Source: an uncultured Clostridia bacterium (GTDB lineage Bacteria > Bacillota > Clostridia > Christensenellales > UBA1242). Taken from it: DNA of 64,000 bases. The DNA is taken from contig CANBAL010000005.1 in the NCBI GenBank assembly GCA_947366545.1, positions 16,621 through 80,620 on the forward strand, in the 5' to 3' direction. Below the pieces are notes generated by a model, which saw nothing but the letters and a program-made list of their open reading frames with translations, was not told where the DNA came from and searched no databases. This document shows positions 16,956 through 31,136 of this stretch, piece after piece (the first letter of the stretch is position 1; every line of letters starts with the position of its first letter). The position numbers and the translations under genes were made by a program.

Positions 16956-18992
16956 TTACTGTACAACTCCAAGCCCCGTGTAGAACTTATAGTTTGTTGT
17001 ATAGTCACCGATAACTTTAAGCACCTCAAAGTTGATTTCAAGGTAGTCGCAATCCTCTTCTGGTGTAAAGGCTTTAGGGTTTAGCCTGCCATAACTATAG
17101 TAGTTGTTTGCCGCCTCGTCTGATGCTTCCACAAGTTCGTAATAGTTTTTGGCAATGCTTGTTCCTGTAAGAGGGTAAGGCTTGCTTCGTGATACTGTGC
17201 CATCAAATTTCATGTCAGGGTGGTGTAGTAGTCCGCCAGCAAGTTCGGTATTAAATGGATTGATTGTGTAACCTTTTTTGTATTGCTGGTCAATTCCAAA
17301 AAGCATCATTGTGCTGCCTTCCATGCCATAATCATGTGGGCCGTCTTTCACTCTTATCGTATTTGTGGCAACTGTTTTTCGCTCTCCGCCTTTGTTGTAT
17401 ACATTTATATACACCTTGATGTCGATTGCAGAGTTTGTCACCTTGCTGTCGCCGTCATTTCCAGCATCATATTTAAAGTGGAGTGAAATGTTGTCAACAG
17501 TGAAAGCCTCTCTAAACATAAGCACCACGCTTTGGTATTCCATAGCCTCAATGTTTTTGAAAGGGTCGTCACTTGCCACCATAAAGTTTGTGCCGTAATA
17601 GTCTTTAATAGCCGATGCAGGGAACCTGTCAGAAATGCTAGGGCTTCCACCTTCCTCATTTCCGATATGGACATACTCAGTTACGGCTTTCACAATATTA
17701 GAAACAACATTTGTATAATCACGCCTCACTTCTACTGGCGCTTTTTCGTTTATTTTAACAATGTCTTGTACAGTCTCACCAGCATCATTTTTATACTCAT
17801 AGATTGCATATTCATTTTGTTTTACACTATCGGCACCTATTGCGTCACTACCAATTACATTATCAAGAATATATTTAACAAGTTTTGCCTGTTTTGCTTC
17901 AGAGAAACCTACATAGGTCCCGATTTTGTTAAATATATTTTTGATATATGCAAGTGCTTCGTCTACACTTATTGGTGCATCGTTGCCCTGTTTTATTTTT
18001 ACATCTGGCGTTCCATCAGTTAATAATGTTACTTGCACCTGCCCAGGGTTCATTTCAAGGGTAATGCAATAAATCACATATTCAAGTGCTTTCACATAGT
18101 CGCTATAACCTTTGGTGTAAAAACCTGTTGTTTCATCTTTTTCAGCCTGTTGCTGTGTGGTGCCAAGAAAAGCCTCTTGATATTTTTCAGCAATATTAGG
18201 GTCACCTAAATTGTAATAATTGTCTCCTACATTATCAAAATAATTATTGCTCTTATTTTCATTTGTAAAATAGTATGAATTATAAACAATATTAGGGTTT
18301 GTAGGGGAAATAATAGCACTTTTATTATTTGCTGAAAAAGATGTGTTATAGATAAATGACTCAGGTTCTTTAAGACTTCCAAAAGTCCAGTTCCAAGACT
18401 TTGATAAATCTACCATCATATTTACATATGGTCTAAAACTTGTTTCTTTAAATTTTTTGTCTGATATTTCTGGTGTCGTTACATCACCATTTATGTCTTC
18501 TATATATTTAACAATATATTCATCTTGTTGATATAAATTATATCTCACACTATCATAAAAATACTTTTTTCCAGTGGTGGTGTAATATGTATAATTTGCT
18601 GAAGGGGGAGTATATTGATCTTCAGTCCCTTCTATTAATTGGGGCTTACCTTCTATATATTCATCAGTTGATGTAGTACCATATGTACGAGTTAAACCAT
18701 TTAAAATCTGCCAAGCAAATTGCCCATAATATTCTTGATTACCAGTACCGACTGTACCTTCACCATCATAATCATAATTTTCAGGGCGGTATAACACCTT
18801 TACGCCATGTAATGGTACAGGCATATTGTTTTTAAGTTGTTCTTGTAACTGCTCATATGTAATTTCGCCGCGGTTATATTTGTCAATAAGTTCGTCATGA
18901 TAGTTACTGTCATTGCCAAAGCATCCTACGCTTAAAAGGGCGAAGGAGGCGACAAATATAAAACTTATAATCCTAGCAAAGACTTTTTTCAT
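16956..18992 (-). CDS. Hypothetical lipoprotein
   Basis: Signal peptide MKKVFAR...LLSVGC lipobox; 678 aa. Confidence 0.8.
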   Translation of the reverse strand: MKKVFARIISFIFVASFALLSVGCFGNDSNYHDELIDKYNRGEITYEQLQEQLKNNMPVPLHGVKVLYRPENYDYDGEGTVGTGNQEYYGQFAWQILNGLTRTYGTTSTDEYIEGKPQLIEGTEDQYTPPSANYTYYTTTGKKYFYDSVRYNLYQQDEYIVKYIEDINGDVTTPEISDKKFKETSFRPYVNMMVDLSKSWNWTFGSLKEPESFIYNTSFSANNKSAIISPTNPNIVYNSYYFTNENKSNNYFDNVGDNYYNLGDPNIAEKYQEAFLGTTQQQAEKDETTGFYTKGYSDYVKALEYVIYCITLEMNPGQVQVTLLTDGTPDVKIKQGNDAPISVDEALAYIKNIFNKIGTYVGFSEAKQAKLVKYILDNVIGSDAIGADSVKQNEYAIYEYKNDAGETVQDIVKINEKAPVEVRRDYTNVVSNIVKAVTEYVHIGNEEGGSPSISDRFPASAIKDYYGTNFMVASDDPFKNIEAMEYQSVVLMFREAFTVDNISLHFKYDAGNDGDSKVTNSAIDIKVYINVYNKGGERKTVATNTIRVKDGPHDYGMEGSTMMLFGIDQQYKKGYTINPFNTELAGGLLHHPDMKFDGTVSRSKPYPLTGTSIAKNYYELVEASDEAANNYYSYGRLNPKAFTPEEDCDYLEINFEVLKVIGDYTTNYKFYTGLGVVQ

Positions 18993-19039
18993 ACCATTAG
19001 TATATATTAAATAAATAAATTTAGCAATAGATTTTAATG

Positions 19040-19065
19040 AAAAAAGAGGGAGATCCCTCTTTTTT
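19040..19065 (-). terminator. Intrinsic terminator
   Basis: AAAAAAGAGGG-AGAT-CCCTCTTTTTT. Confidence 0.8.
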
Positions 19066-19074
19066 GTGTCTGTC

Positions 19075-20535
19075 CTAATAACTCTCTGGCTCTTTCATTA
19101 CCTTATCTAGTTCTTCATTATATACTGTGTGGTGGTTTCTTATAATTGCATATCTCACACCATTTATTTCCGCATCCACATTTTCATATTCTTGTGCTTG
19201 TTCGCCTTGGAACATTTCGCCGAGTAGTATTACATTTTCGCCAAAAACAAATGTCTCTATTGTTGGCTTGGTATAATCAGTTCCCTCTTCTGCTGTTTCA
19301 GCAAGTATTGATTGCCCAATAGGGTCTACTCTATTACCGTCACTTCTTGCATTTGTTTTGATAATGGTTATACCATTATCGTTTATTACAAATATTTTTA
19401 TTTCATTTGTTCCGCCTATACTTATTACATCTCCAGCCGTATTTGTCAAACTAATAAAGCTAGGATTTGTTTCTGCTAATGTAGGGTTTAATTTAGCAAG
19501 AACATCTTTGTCCCTTGTATCGGCAGTTTTGGTAGGAACATTGACAATTGTACTTGCATCCCATTCATTTTTAGGTTTAAAGGTGGCATTTTTAATATTT
19601 TCTTCACTTAATTCTGTTTGCATAGGTATTCTAATCAATTTTATGCTTAGTACACCATCGGCAGAAAGTGGATTATGATATTCTGTAAGAATATCGACAT
19701 AATGTTTATCTTCTATTTCTTTGTAATCTATTGCTAAGTATCGAATATCTGTTGCACCACCACCTAACGCTTCCTTAACATTGCTTTCCACTGCACTTGT
19801 CACTTTCTCTGCAATTTCCTCTTTTGTCATAGGTTTGTCAGGATTTGGAGGGGTAGGGGTTTCTTGCTCATATTGTTTGATTAATTTATTGATTTCTGCA
19901 GTTGCATTTTCAAGTGCGGTGCGGACATCGTTTAGTGCCTTTGTTGTAGCCTTTTCATCGAGGTCCTTTGAAAGCACAAGATTTGCAGGAAGGGCAGGCT
20001 TTTCAGCGTTTTCTAATGCCTCATACTCTGCCACAGCGTTTGCATAAGTGTCCCAAGCAGAGAGGTAGTTTTGATATGCCACTTTTTGAGAATCATTATT
20101 TCTATAATAATCACATAAAGTAAATATTTCGCGAATTACTTCCTCAATGTTGTCTGTTTCGTATTTCAAACTCTCGGTTGTTGCTTTCTCATCTAAATCT
20201 TTGGTTAGCACAAGATTTGCAGGAAGGCTAGGCTTTTCTGGGTTTTGTACTGCATCATAGGTATAAACTGCATCTCGATACTCATCCCAAGCATAAAGAT
20301 AATCCTTATAGGCCTTTTGCTGCATTTCATCCACCTGTGGTGTGCATGAGGTGAGGGTGGCGATTGAAATAACAACCGCTGCAGGCACTGCAAGGCTAAG
20401 CACCGCACTGCTTCCTTTATACCATCTTCTCCAAAGTAATCTTTCCCATAAACTTGGTTTTACACGCAAGCTTGGGTCCCTTATTTCAGGGTCATTTTCA
20501 AGCATGTTTTTCTCTTCATCAATAAATTTATCCAT
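19075..20535 (-). CDS. Hypothetical membrane-anchored or lipoprotein with an internal duplication
   Basis: SD AAGGAG before ATG 20535; hydrophobic segment ending LTSC; duplicated EKPxLPANLVLxKDLDEKATT block. Confidence 0.75.
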   Translation of the reverse strand: MDKFIDEEKNMLENDPEIRDPSLRVKPSLWERLLWRRWYKGSSAVLSLAVPAAVVISIATLTSCTPQVDEMQQKAYKDYLYAWDEYRDAVYTYDAVQNPEKPSLPANLVLTKDLDEKATTESLKYETDNIEEVIREIFTLCDYYRNNDSQKVAYQNYLSAWDTYANAVAEYEALENAEKPALPANLVLSKDLDEKATTKALNDVRTALENATAEINKLIKQYEQETPTPPNPDKPMTKEEIAEKVTSAVESNVKEALGGGATDIRYLAIDYKEIEDKHYVDILTEYHNPLSADGVLSIKLIRIPMQTELSEENIKNATFKPKNEWDASTIVNVPTKTADTRDKDVLAKLNPTLAETNPSFISLTNTAGDVISIGGTNEIKIFVINDNGITIIKTNARSDGNRVDPIGQSILAETAEEGTDYTKPTIETFVFGENVILLGEMFQGEQAQEYENVDAEINGVRYAIIRNHHTVYNEELDKVMKEPESY

Positions 20536-20666
20536 GGTTTTCTCCTTAATATAGTTATATTTTATCATACAATTAGACTTTTTGCAATAGTTTTTAATTT
20601 TTTTATTAAACATTTGATATTTTCGCGATTTTTCTTTGTTTTTCGCGGGATTTTCTATTAAACTAT

Positions 20667-22739
20667 ATGGGAAAAATGAAAGCCAAGTCTAAGTTCGTAC
20701 ATTTTAGATATCTTTTTTATCCGTTTATGGCACTTCTTTTCGGCATAGTTACAAGCCGAAAACTTTTTGCCGGCGATATTCTTACTTGTGTGCTTGTTCC
20801 ACTTATTTTTGTCGGTCTTGTTGCAATTTGTATGTTTTTCCGTAAGTTTAAGCCACTGATTCTTCTTACAGTTTTCTTTTTGCTTGGCAATGGGTTTTAT
20901 TTTCTTGGACTTGCTTGTTACGACTGCAAAGACTATGAGGGTGAAAGCATTGTTATAGGTCGCGTTACCGATGAAGTGCGAGATTATGGCTACTACTCTA
21001 TGTACAAACTTGATAGTGTGCTGATAAATGGTGAGGGTGCAAAGAACATTTATCTTCATGTGAGCGGTGGGCAGTTATTAGAAGCGGGCGATAAAGTCAC
21101 CTTTATAGCAGAGACTACAAAAGTAAAACTTTTTGAACTTGGCTCTTTTAATTCCACCTATCTGAGAAATAATATAGGTTATACGGCAGAAGTGGACTAT
21201 TCCAGTATAACGGTGGTGGATAATAATCTTAAATTTGATGAGTCCTTGCGTTTGTCAGTCAAAAATATGCTTTACGAAAATATGTCGGAGGAAAATGCCG
21301 CAATCGCCTATGCGGTGCTTTTTGGCGACAAATATGATATTCCAAGTTCCACCAAAGACATTTATCGTGATGCTGGCATCATACATATTTTGACGGTATC
21401 CGGATTACATGTCGGATTTTTAATCTCGCTGCTATATTTCTTTTTAAATCTTTGCAAAATGAAACGGCTTTACACCACAATAATTACAAGTGTGATATTG
21501 CTTTTATACAACATTATTTGTGGTTTTGCGCCTTCTATCGTCAGAGCAAGTATAATGGCAATGGTGATTATGCTTTCCAAACTTTCGGGGCGGGAGTATG
21601 ATAGTTTAAACTCGCTTGGACTTGCTGGTTTCATCATTCTTGCCATAAATCCGCTTTACGCTTTTGATAGTGGCTTTTTGATGAGTTTCTTTTGCGTGAC
21701 GAGTATCTTTATGTTAAATCCACCGCTTTCAAAACTCTTTAAAAAGATAATGCCAAAACCTATTTCCACCTATATTTCGCTTTCAATATCTGCACAAATT
21801 GGCATATTACCATTTGTGGCAAGTTTCTTCCAGAATTTCAATTTTCTATCCTTCTTCGCTAATTTAATAATCCTGCCTATATTTGGTATTATTTACCCTG
21901 TACTTTTTATTTCAATTTTTATTTTCCTTATTATGCCTTTCCTATCAAAAGGGTTAGTCGTTTTTGACTATGGATTTTCTGGTATTACTGGCATTGCCAA
22001 GTTTTTCGCTTCTACCTCGCTTACCATTCCTCTTTATCCTTTTGATATTACTTTCTCCATTCTTCTTTTCGTATTGCTATTTCTATTAAGCCGTTTCTTA
22101 ATGGTGAGGAAGATATATAAATTTCTTGCCCTAGGCATTCTTAGTCTGTTCTTTGTGATAGCAGTGGTGGTTTCTTCAATTCCTATAACGCTTGGCTCAG
22201 GCGTGCGCTCACTTAACACCGATTATATGGACAGCCTTTTAATCAGCACAAGCACCGGTCAAACCGCATTTATTTACAAGAGTTTAGATGAGCAAAGGCT
22301 AAAGCAGTATTTATATGTCAATAAAATTTCAAATATAGACTATGTGGTGCTGACACATCAGCCTAGCGAAAGTGAAATTAATTATTTTGAGAAATATAAC
22401 ATCAAAAAATTTCTTTGTAACGAGGGCGAGCCTTCCGGACTTGTGGCAGTGGGTGAGATATTTAACTACGGCGCGATGACATTCAAATTCCAAAAGGATG
22501 AGAAGAAATTACAAGGCTGTGAAATTAATTTTGACGGAAGCAATATTTTCGTTGTTACTTCGGGCAAAATGAGTTATAATGAGATAGAGTTGTTCTCTCA
22601 AAATTACAACCTAGTTTGCACATGGGATAACTTTTATCACATGGGCGAAAGGGGAATGGAATGTGCCGCCTATAAAAAAGAAGGCAACCTTTCATTTTCG
22701 TGGAATGGTTTTGAGTGGAAGAAAAGGGGTATAGATTGA
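20667..22739 (+). CDS. comEC: ComEC/Rec2 competence DNA-uptake channel
   Basis: GIIHILTVSGLHVG, PSIVRASIM, GFLMSF; upstream of holA. Confidence 0.92.
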   Translation: MGKMKAKSKFVHFRYLFYPFMALLFGIVTSRKLFAGDILTCVLVPLIFVGLVAICMFFRKFKPLILLTVFFLLGNGFYFLGLACYDCKDYEGESIVIGRVTDEVRDYGYYSMYKLDSVLINGEGAKNIYLHVSGGQLLEAGDKVTFIAETTKVKLFELGSFNSTYLRNNIGYTAEVDYSSITVVDNNLKFDESLRLSVKNMLYENMSEENAAIAYAVLFGDKYDIPSSTKDIYRDAGIIHILTVSGLHVGFLISLLYFFLNLCKMKRLYTTIITSVILLLYNIICGFAPSIVRASIMAMVIMLSKLSGREYDSLNSLGLAGFIILAINPLYAFDSGFLMSFFCVTSIFMLNPPLSKLFKKIMPKPISTYISLSISAQIGILPFVASFFQNFNFLSFFANLIILPIFGIIYPVLFISIFIFLIMPFLSKGLVVFDYGFSGITGIAKFFASTSLTIPLYPFDITFSILLFVLLFLLSRFLMVRKIYKFLALGILSLFFVIAVVVSSIPITLGSGVRSLNTDYMDSLLISTSTGQTAFIYKSLDEQRLKQYLYVNKISNIDYVVLTHQPSESEINYFEKYNIKKFLCNEGEPSGLVAVGEIFNYGAMTFKFQKDEKKLQGCEINFDGSNIFVVTSGKMSYNEIELFSQNYNLVCTWDNFYHMGERGMECAAYKKEGNLSFSWNGFEWKKRGID

Positions 22740-23683
22740 AAACATTAAAAGCAAGATTAAAGCAAGGTGTAATGCCATGTTACTATGTAACAGGTGATGA
22801 CTATTATCTATTTGACAAGGCGGTGAGTATGATTACCTCCGCCATAAATTTGCAACTTGAAGATTTTAATAAAGCGGTATTTGACGATGATAATTTTTCT
22901 TATGAGGCATTTCTCAATGCTTGTGATATGATGCCTATGGGAAGTGATAAAAGGCTTGTAATTATCAAAAATATCACAAAAATAAACGAAAATGATAAAA
23001 AAAATGTGGAAAATTACTTAAATAACCCTTGTTTAACCACAGTGCTGATAATTTTAGATTTTTATGATAAACTTTCTTTTGCAAAAAATCTATGCGAATT
23101 TGTGGATGCAAAACGCATGGATAGAACTCTCTCAAAAAATATTATAGTTGCCGACCTTGCAAAACGCGGCAAGCAGATAAGCGGTGAGGCAGTAGAGACG
23201 CTACTTGACTACTGTAACGGCTATCTTACCAATGTTATGAATGAACTTGATAAACTTGTCTACTTTGATACAAACGAAAGCCTTATCACAAAAAAAGTGG
23301 TAGAGAATGTGGCAATAAAGAATGAAGAGTTTGCGGTGTTTGAACTTACCGAGGCACTTGGGAAAAAAGATGCAGACAAGGCAATGAAACTCATCTCGCG
23401 TATGGAAAAAGAGGTTGGCACACTTTCGCTTATCTCAAACCATTTCAGAAGGCTTTTCTTTATAGCGATTTCATCTGATGCAACTAATGCATCCCTTGCA
23501 AACTTATTAGGCGTAAAAGAATACGCGATTGCTAAGCAGCGTCAGCAACTTGGCAACTTCTCAAAAATGCAACTAAAAAAAATCTACTCCCTTCTTGAAG
23601 AGGTGGATTACATGGTAAAAAGTGGACAAATGCTGATAGGCAATGCACTCTACTTTTTGGCATTCTCCATACTATTTGTCTAA
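22736..23683 (+). CDS. holA: DNA polymerase III delta subunit
   Basis: CYYVTGDDYYL, MPMGSDKRLVII, NELDKL, VFELTEAL; conserved comEC-holA synteny; TTG start overlapping the comEC stop. Confidence 0.9.
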   Translation: MKTLKARLKQGVMPCYYVTGDDYYLFDKAVSMITSAINLQLEDFNKAVFDDDNFSYEAFLNACDMMPMGSDKRLVIIKNITKINENDKKNVENYLNNPCLTTVLIILDFYDKLSFAKNLCEFVDAKRMDRTLSKNIIVADLAKRGKQISGEAVETLLDYCNGYLTNVMNELDKLVYFDTNESLITKKVVENVAIKNEEFAVFELTEALGKKDADKAMKLISRMEKEVGTLSLISNHFRRLFFIAISSDATNASLANLLGVKEYAIAKQRQQLGNFSKMQLKKIYSLLEEVDYMVKSGQMLIGNALYFLAFSILFV

Positions 23684-23692
23684 CCTACATAT

Positions 23693-23699
23693 TTCGACA
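23693..23699 (-). promoter_or_regulatory. Possible Spo0A box (TGTCGAA)
   Basis: Exact TTCGACA in the intergenic region upstream of 23796. Confidence 0.4.
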
Positions 23700-23795
23700 T
23701 TTTCTGTCATTCCTCGCCTCTCAATATCCTTTGGAATATTTTCGCTTCTTGTTATACTTTATGTGTTTTCGTGACGAAATTAAAAGGAGATAAAC

Positions 23796-24125
23796 ATGAA
23801 ACGAGAAGTGCTGAAGAGCCTTGCTTTAAAAGCAAAAAACAGAATGATACATAAGAACGCTCCGCAGGGGATAGATTACGGCCAAGATGAAGGATTAAAT
23901 ATTAAAGTTATAAAAAGTAGTGATGACTTGTTTTACAATAAGGTGCGTGCACTTCTCGAAAATGATGAGGATATTTTAAATCCAATTAAGCAACTTATGG
24001 ATGACAACATTCTACTGAAACTTGACGCCCATGGCAAAGAAAAATATTTGCTTGAGACAGTAGAAAAGTATTACACATTTAGAAAGATGATTCAAGAAGA
24101 AAAAGGTTACCAATACGGATGTTAA
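23796..24125 (+). CDS. Hypothetical protein
   Basis: SD AAAGGAG; 109 aa. Confidence 0.7.
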   Translation: MKREVLKSLALKAKNRMIHKNAPQGIDYGQDEGLNIKVIKSSDDLFYNKVRALLENDEDILNPIKQLMDDNILLKLDAHGKEKYLLETVEKYYTFRKMIQEEKGYQYGC

Positions 24126-24203
24126 TAGCGATAGTTAAATCGCTTTTTTCTTTTTATCTAAAATTCATTTTGTTTTTGTGGCGAAAACAGTTATCATAAA
24201 TAT

Positions 24204-28324
<4,121 letters not shown>

Positions 28325-28366
28325 CGAAACTCTAGAAATATGTTAGAATTATATTAAGGAGAAAAT

Positions 28367-29056
28367 ATGTTCTATTACGATAAGAAAAATTATAGTGAAA
28401 ACAACGAAGGAAATGCGAAAGGCGTGGAGTGGTATGGCGCCTATTCAAAACAAGAGGTTATGGAGGTAATACAAGAATTTTTGGATGTATATGAAATTTG
28501 CGGCTCTGACATCAGTCATGAAGAAAGGAAAGAAAAATATTGTGCATTATACCCTAAAGCCAAGACATATTTTGATAAACTAGATAATGATTTCCTAAGT
28601 GCATCTTTGAACAGCGGAAAAGGATGGGGAGAGGTTACAGAAGAATATAGAAAAATATGTGTACCTAAAATAGAAAATGGTTTAGTTAATCCTTATATAA
28701 CAAAGTCGCTGGAACTTACCAACAATAAAACGGTGGGTATGGTGCTGCATTACTGTGATAAATTAAAAGATAGTTCGGCGGTGGTGGAAGCAATTAAAAA
28801 TAATGTCATTCCACTAGACATTATTAGACAAATTATAGGAGTTCAAAGATTTAAAATTGAATGGGGAATAATGAGACAAAATCCACTGTTCATTGCGGAT
28901 TTTTATAACAAGTATTTGAAGGATTTGCATAAATTCACATTTGCAGAGTTTTTAACAATGCAGCAATATGGAGACAAAGGAGATATTCAAAAGATATATA
29001 AAAATTTTCAAAACACTCTTTCAGACTTGTACAACGAAAGTGAAGATAATAATTAA
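28367..29056 (+). CDS. Hypothetical protein (orphan)
   Basis: Own promoter TTGACG-17-TAGAAT, SD AAGGAG, terminator at 29056-29084. Confidence 0.75.
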   Translation: MFYYDKKNYSENNEGNAKGVEWYGAYSKQEVMEVIQEFLDVYEICGSDISHEERKEKYCALYPKAKTYFDKLDNDFLSASLNSGKGWGEVTEEYRKICVPKIENGLVNPYITKSLELTNNKTVGMVLHYCDKLKDSSAVVEAIKNNVIPLDIIRQIIGVQRFKIEWGIMRQNPLFIADFYNKYLKDLHKFTFAEFLTMQQYGDKGDIQKIYKNFQNTLSDLYNESEDNN

Positions 29057-29149
29057 AAAGGTGCATTTTAAAGCACCTTTTTTTAATTTTGATATTGACA
29101 GTGGCATGGGCATATGTTAGAATAGGTTAAGAAAATGTGGGGTGAAAAA

Positions 29150-29806
29150 ATGGCAAATAGAAAATTGGATAGAACAAGAGAGGAAAAATTATCAGCATAT
29201 AGTGCATATCTTAATCATGTTACAATGAAAGAAGCAAATGCGGCAAGCATGGGCAGTGAGAAGGATAGGGAGGCATATGCACAAAAAGTCCTATTTTATA
29301 AGCACCTTGCTGGTGAAATAGAGGATATGTTTTTCTCACAACAATTTAACAATGTTAGGGATAAGCAAATAGAATACAGTAATAATTTTGCAGGATCAGT
29401 TTTTCACGCGGGTTTTTGGGGTGCTTTGGCAACTGTAAATATGTTGTTGGGTGCCACCAACCCAGATCAAAAGACAGCCATCGCACAATATATTTTGGGT
29501 GGTGCTTGTCTAGGCGCAGGAATATTAAAAACTTTAAAGGTGCATAGATTTCATAAGAGCCTCGATAATTTAAAGGACGGCACCTGTCAGCTTGTAAATG
29601 AATGGAGAATGTTCCAATGCTATCCAAAATACATCGATGATTTTATAGCAATTAATGGACTTACAAAGGGGCCATATGCAAATGTTACGTACGGACTGCC
29701 AGAGTTTGAAAATAAGAAAATCAGTCAACTAAAATCGCCTTTAGATGCTTGGGATTACATTGAAGTGAAAGCGGAAACTGACAATGGTTTGCAAATTGAA
29801 GGTTAA
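29150..29806 (+). CDS. Hypothetical protein with central hydrophobic hairpin
   Basis: Promoter TTGACA...TAGAAT; SD GGGGTG; two central hydrophobic helices. Confidence 0.7.
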   Translation: MANRKLDRTREEKLSAYSAYLNHVTMKEANAASMGSEKDREAYAQKVLFYKHLAGEIEDMFFSQQFNNVRDKQIEYSNNFAGSVFHAGFWGALATVNMLLGATNPDQKTAIAQYILGGACLGAGILKTLKVHRFHKSLDNLKDGTCQLVNEWRMFQCYPKYIDDFIAINGLTKGPYANVTYGLPEFENKKISQLKSPLDAWDYIEVKAETDNGLQIEG

Positions 29807-29818
29807 AAGAGGCGAATA

Positions 29819-30454
29819 ATGGGAATAATCGGCGATGATATAATGTGCACAGATGACTATATAAAGAAATACCCAAAACATTATGAAAAGATAAAACGCT
29901 ATATAGATGAAGATAACGAGGTGAGGGCATTTCTTAATGAGCAAGGCACAAAACAGCAAAAACTGGATTACAACTTAAATCAAGCAAGGTATATTGAGGC
30001 TGCACAAACTATAGAAAGGTATATAATTTGGCCATATATAGAAAGTTTAAATAAGCAAATTAAGAGTAAAAGAGAAAAAAATTTACTTTCGGAAGGGCTT
30101 TGGTGCATGGCTGGCGTTACAACATGGCTGATAGGTGTTGCCGCTAATAGTGATCCACTTAAGATAGCATCTTTGGTTTTTAATAGCGTAAGCATGCTAA
30201 AATACGCAAAAAGTAAATTAAAACCTGCTGGCGAAAGATTGGTAAGAAGGGGAGAGAAAATACTTCAAGAATGGACATTATGCAAACACCTCCCAAATTT
30301 TGTTCAAGACTTTGCAGTACTGAATGATATTGATCTTTTTGATAGTCCATTTGAGAATGATAGTGAGATTTGTGTTAATTATACAGGCTTTTTAACAGAT
30401 ATCAAACTGCCATCCGAATGCGCGGGAGAAATTGAAGAAGAACAAGGAGAGTAA
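29819..30454 (+). CDS. Hypothetical protein, probable distant paralog of 29150-29806
   Basis: Same layout; EWTLCKHLPNFVQDFAVLN versus EWRMFQCYPKYIDDFIAIN. Confidence 0.7.
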   Translation: MGIIGDDIMCTDDYIKKYPKHYEKIKRYIDEDNEVRAFLNEQGTKQQKLDYNLNQARYIEAAQTIERYIIWPYIESLNKQIKSKREKNLLSEGLWCMAGVTTWLIGVAANSDPLKIASLVFNSVSMLKYAKSKLKPAGERLVRRGEKILQEWTLCKHLPNFVQDFAVLNDIDLFDSPFENDSEICVNYTGFLTDIKLPSECAGEIEEEQGE

Positions 30455-30491
30455 AATCTCCTTTTTATTTTGAAAAAACTAAGAAAAATGG

Positions 30492-30520
30492 TTGACAACG
30501 GCAGGGGAAATGGGTATAAT
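30492..30520 (+). promoter_or_regulatory. Sigma-A promoter of the str operon
   Basis: TTGACA-17-TATAAT perfect consensus. Confidence 0.85.
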
Positions 30521-30526
30521 AATCCG

Positions 30527-30710
30527 CGTATGCTTTGTTGTCGAAAGCGATGCTCAAAAAAGGGCATAAACAAACAACAAGTGACATTAGTCGCTGATTT
30601 GCAAAGTACGCTTTGCAAAGTTGCCATATAAGGCAATCGTGTTGTTCATGTTTGATACACTTTTTATGCAGGATTAAATTCACGACAACTTTGCCGTGAA
30701 TTTTTTTAGA
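30527..30710 (+). ncRNA. Candidate structured 5' leader of rpsL
   Basis: Multiple hairpins, ending in AAATTCACG...CGTGAATTTTTTT. Confidence 0.5.
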
Positions 30711-30735
30711 CAAAATTTAAAAAGGAGGAAAAGGT

Positions 30736-31116
30736 ATGCCTACAATAAACCAACTTGTTAAGAAAGGACGCAAAACTTTTGAGAAAAAATCAAAAGCACC
30801 ACTTCTTGAAGAGTGCCCTCAAAAGAGAGGAGTTTGTCTTTCAGTAAGAACAGCAACTCCTAAGAAGCCTAACTCAGCGCTTCGTAAGATTGCCAGAGTT
30901 AAACTTTCAAATGGACAAGAAGGTACTTGCTACATTCCTGGTGTTGGACACAACTTGCAGGAACACAGCGTAGTACTTATTCGTGGTGGCAGAGTTAAGG
31001 ACCTACCTGGTGTAAGATATCACATTGTTCGTGGAACACTTGATACCGCTGGTGTAGTCAACAGAAAACAAGGCCGCTCAAAATACGGCGCTAAACGCCC
31101 TAAGAAAACAAAGTAA
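30736..31116 (+). CDS. rpsL: 30S ribosomal protein S12
   Basis: [31 protein letters not shown]. Confidence 0.99.
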   Translation: MPTINQLVKKGRKTFEKKSKAPLLEECPQKRGVCLSVRTATPKKPNSALRKIARVKLSNGQEGTCYIPGVGHNLQEHSVVLIRGGRVKDLPGVRYHIVRGTLDTAGVVNRKQGRSKYGAKRPKKTK

Positions 31117-31136
31117 AAATATAAAGGAGGAATATT

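Noticed and set aside
30539-30545. Spo0A box TGTCGAA in the rpsL leader
   Set aside because: Single 7-mer inside a predicted hairpin; could be chance
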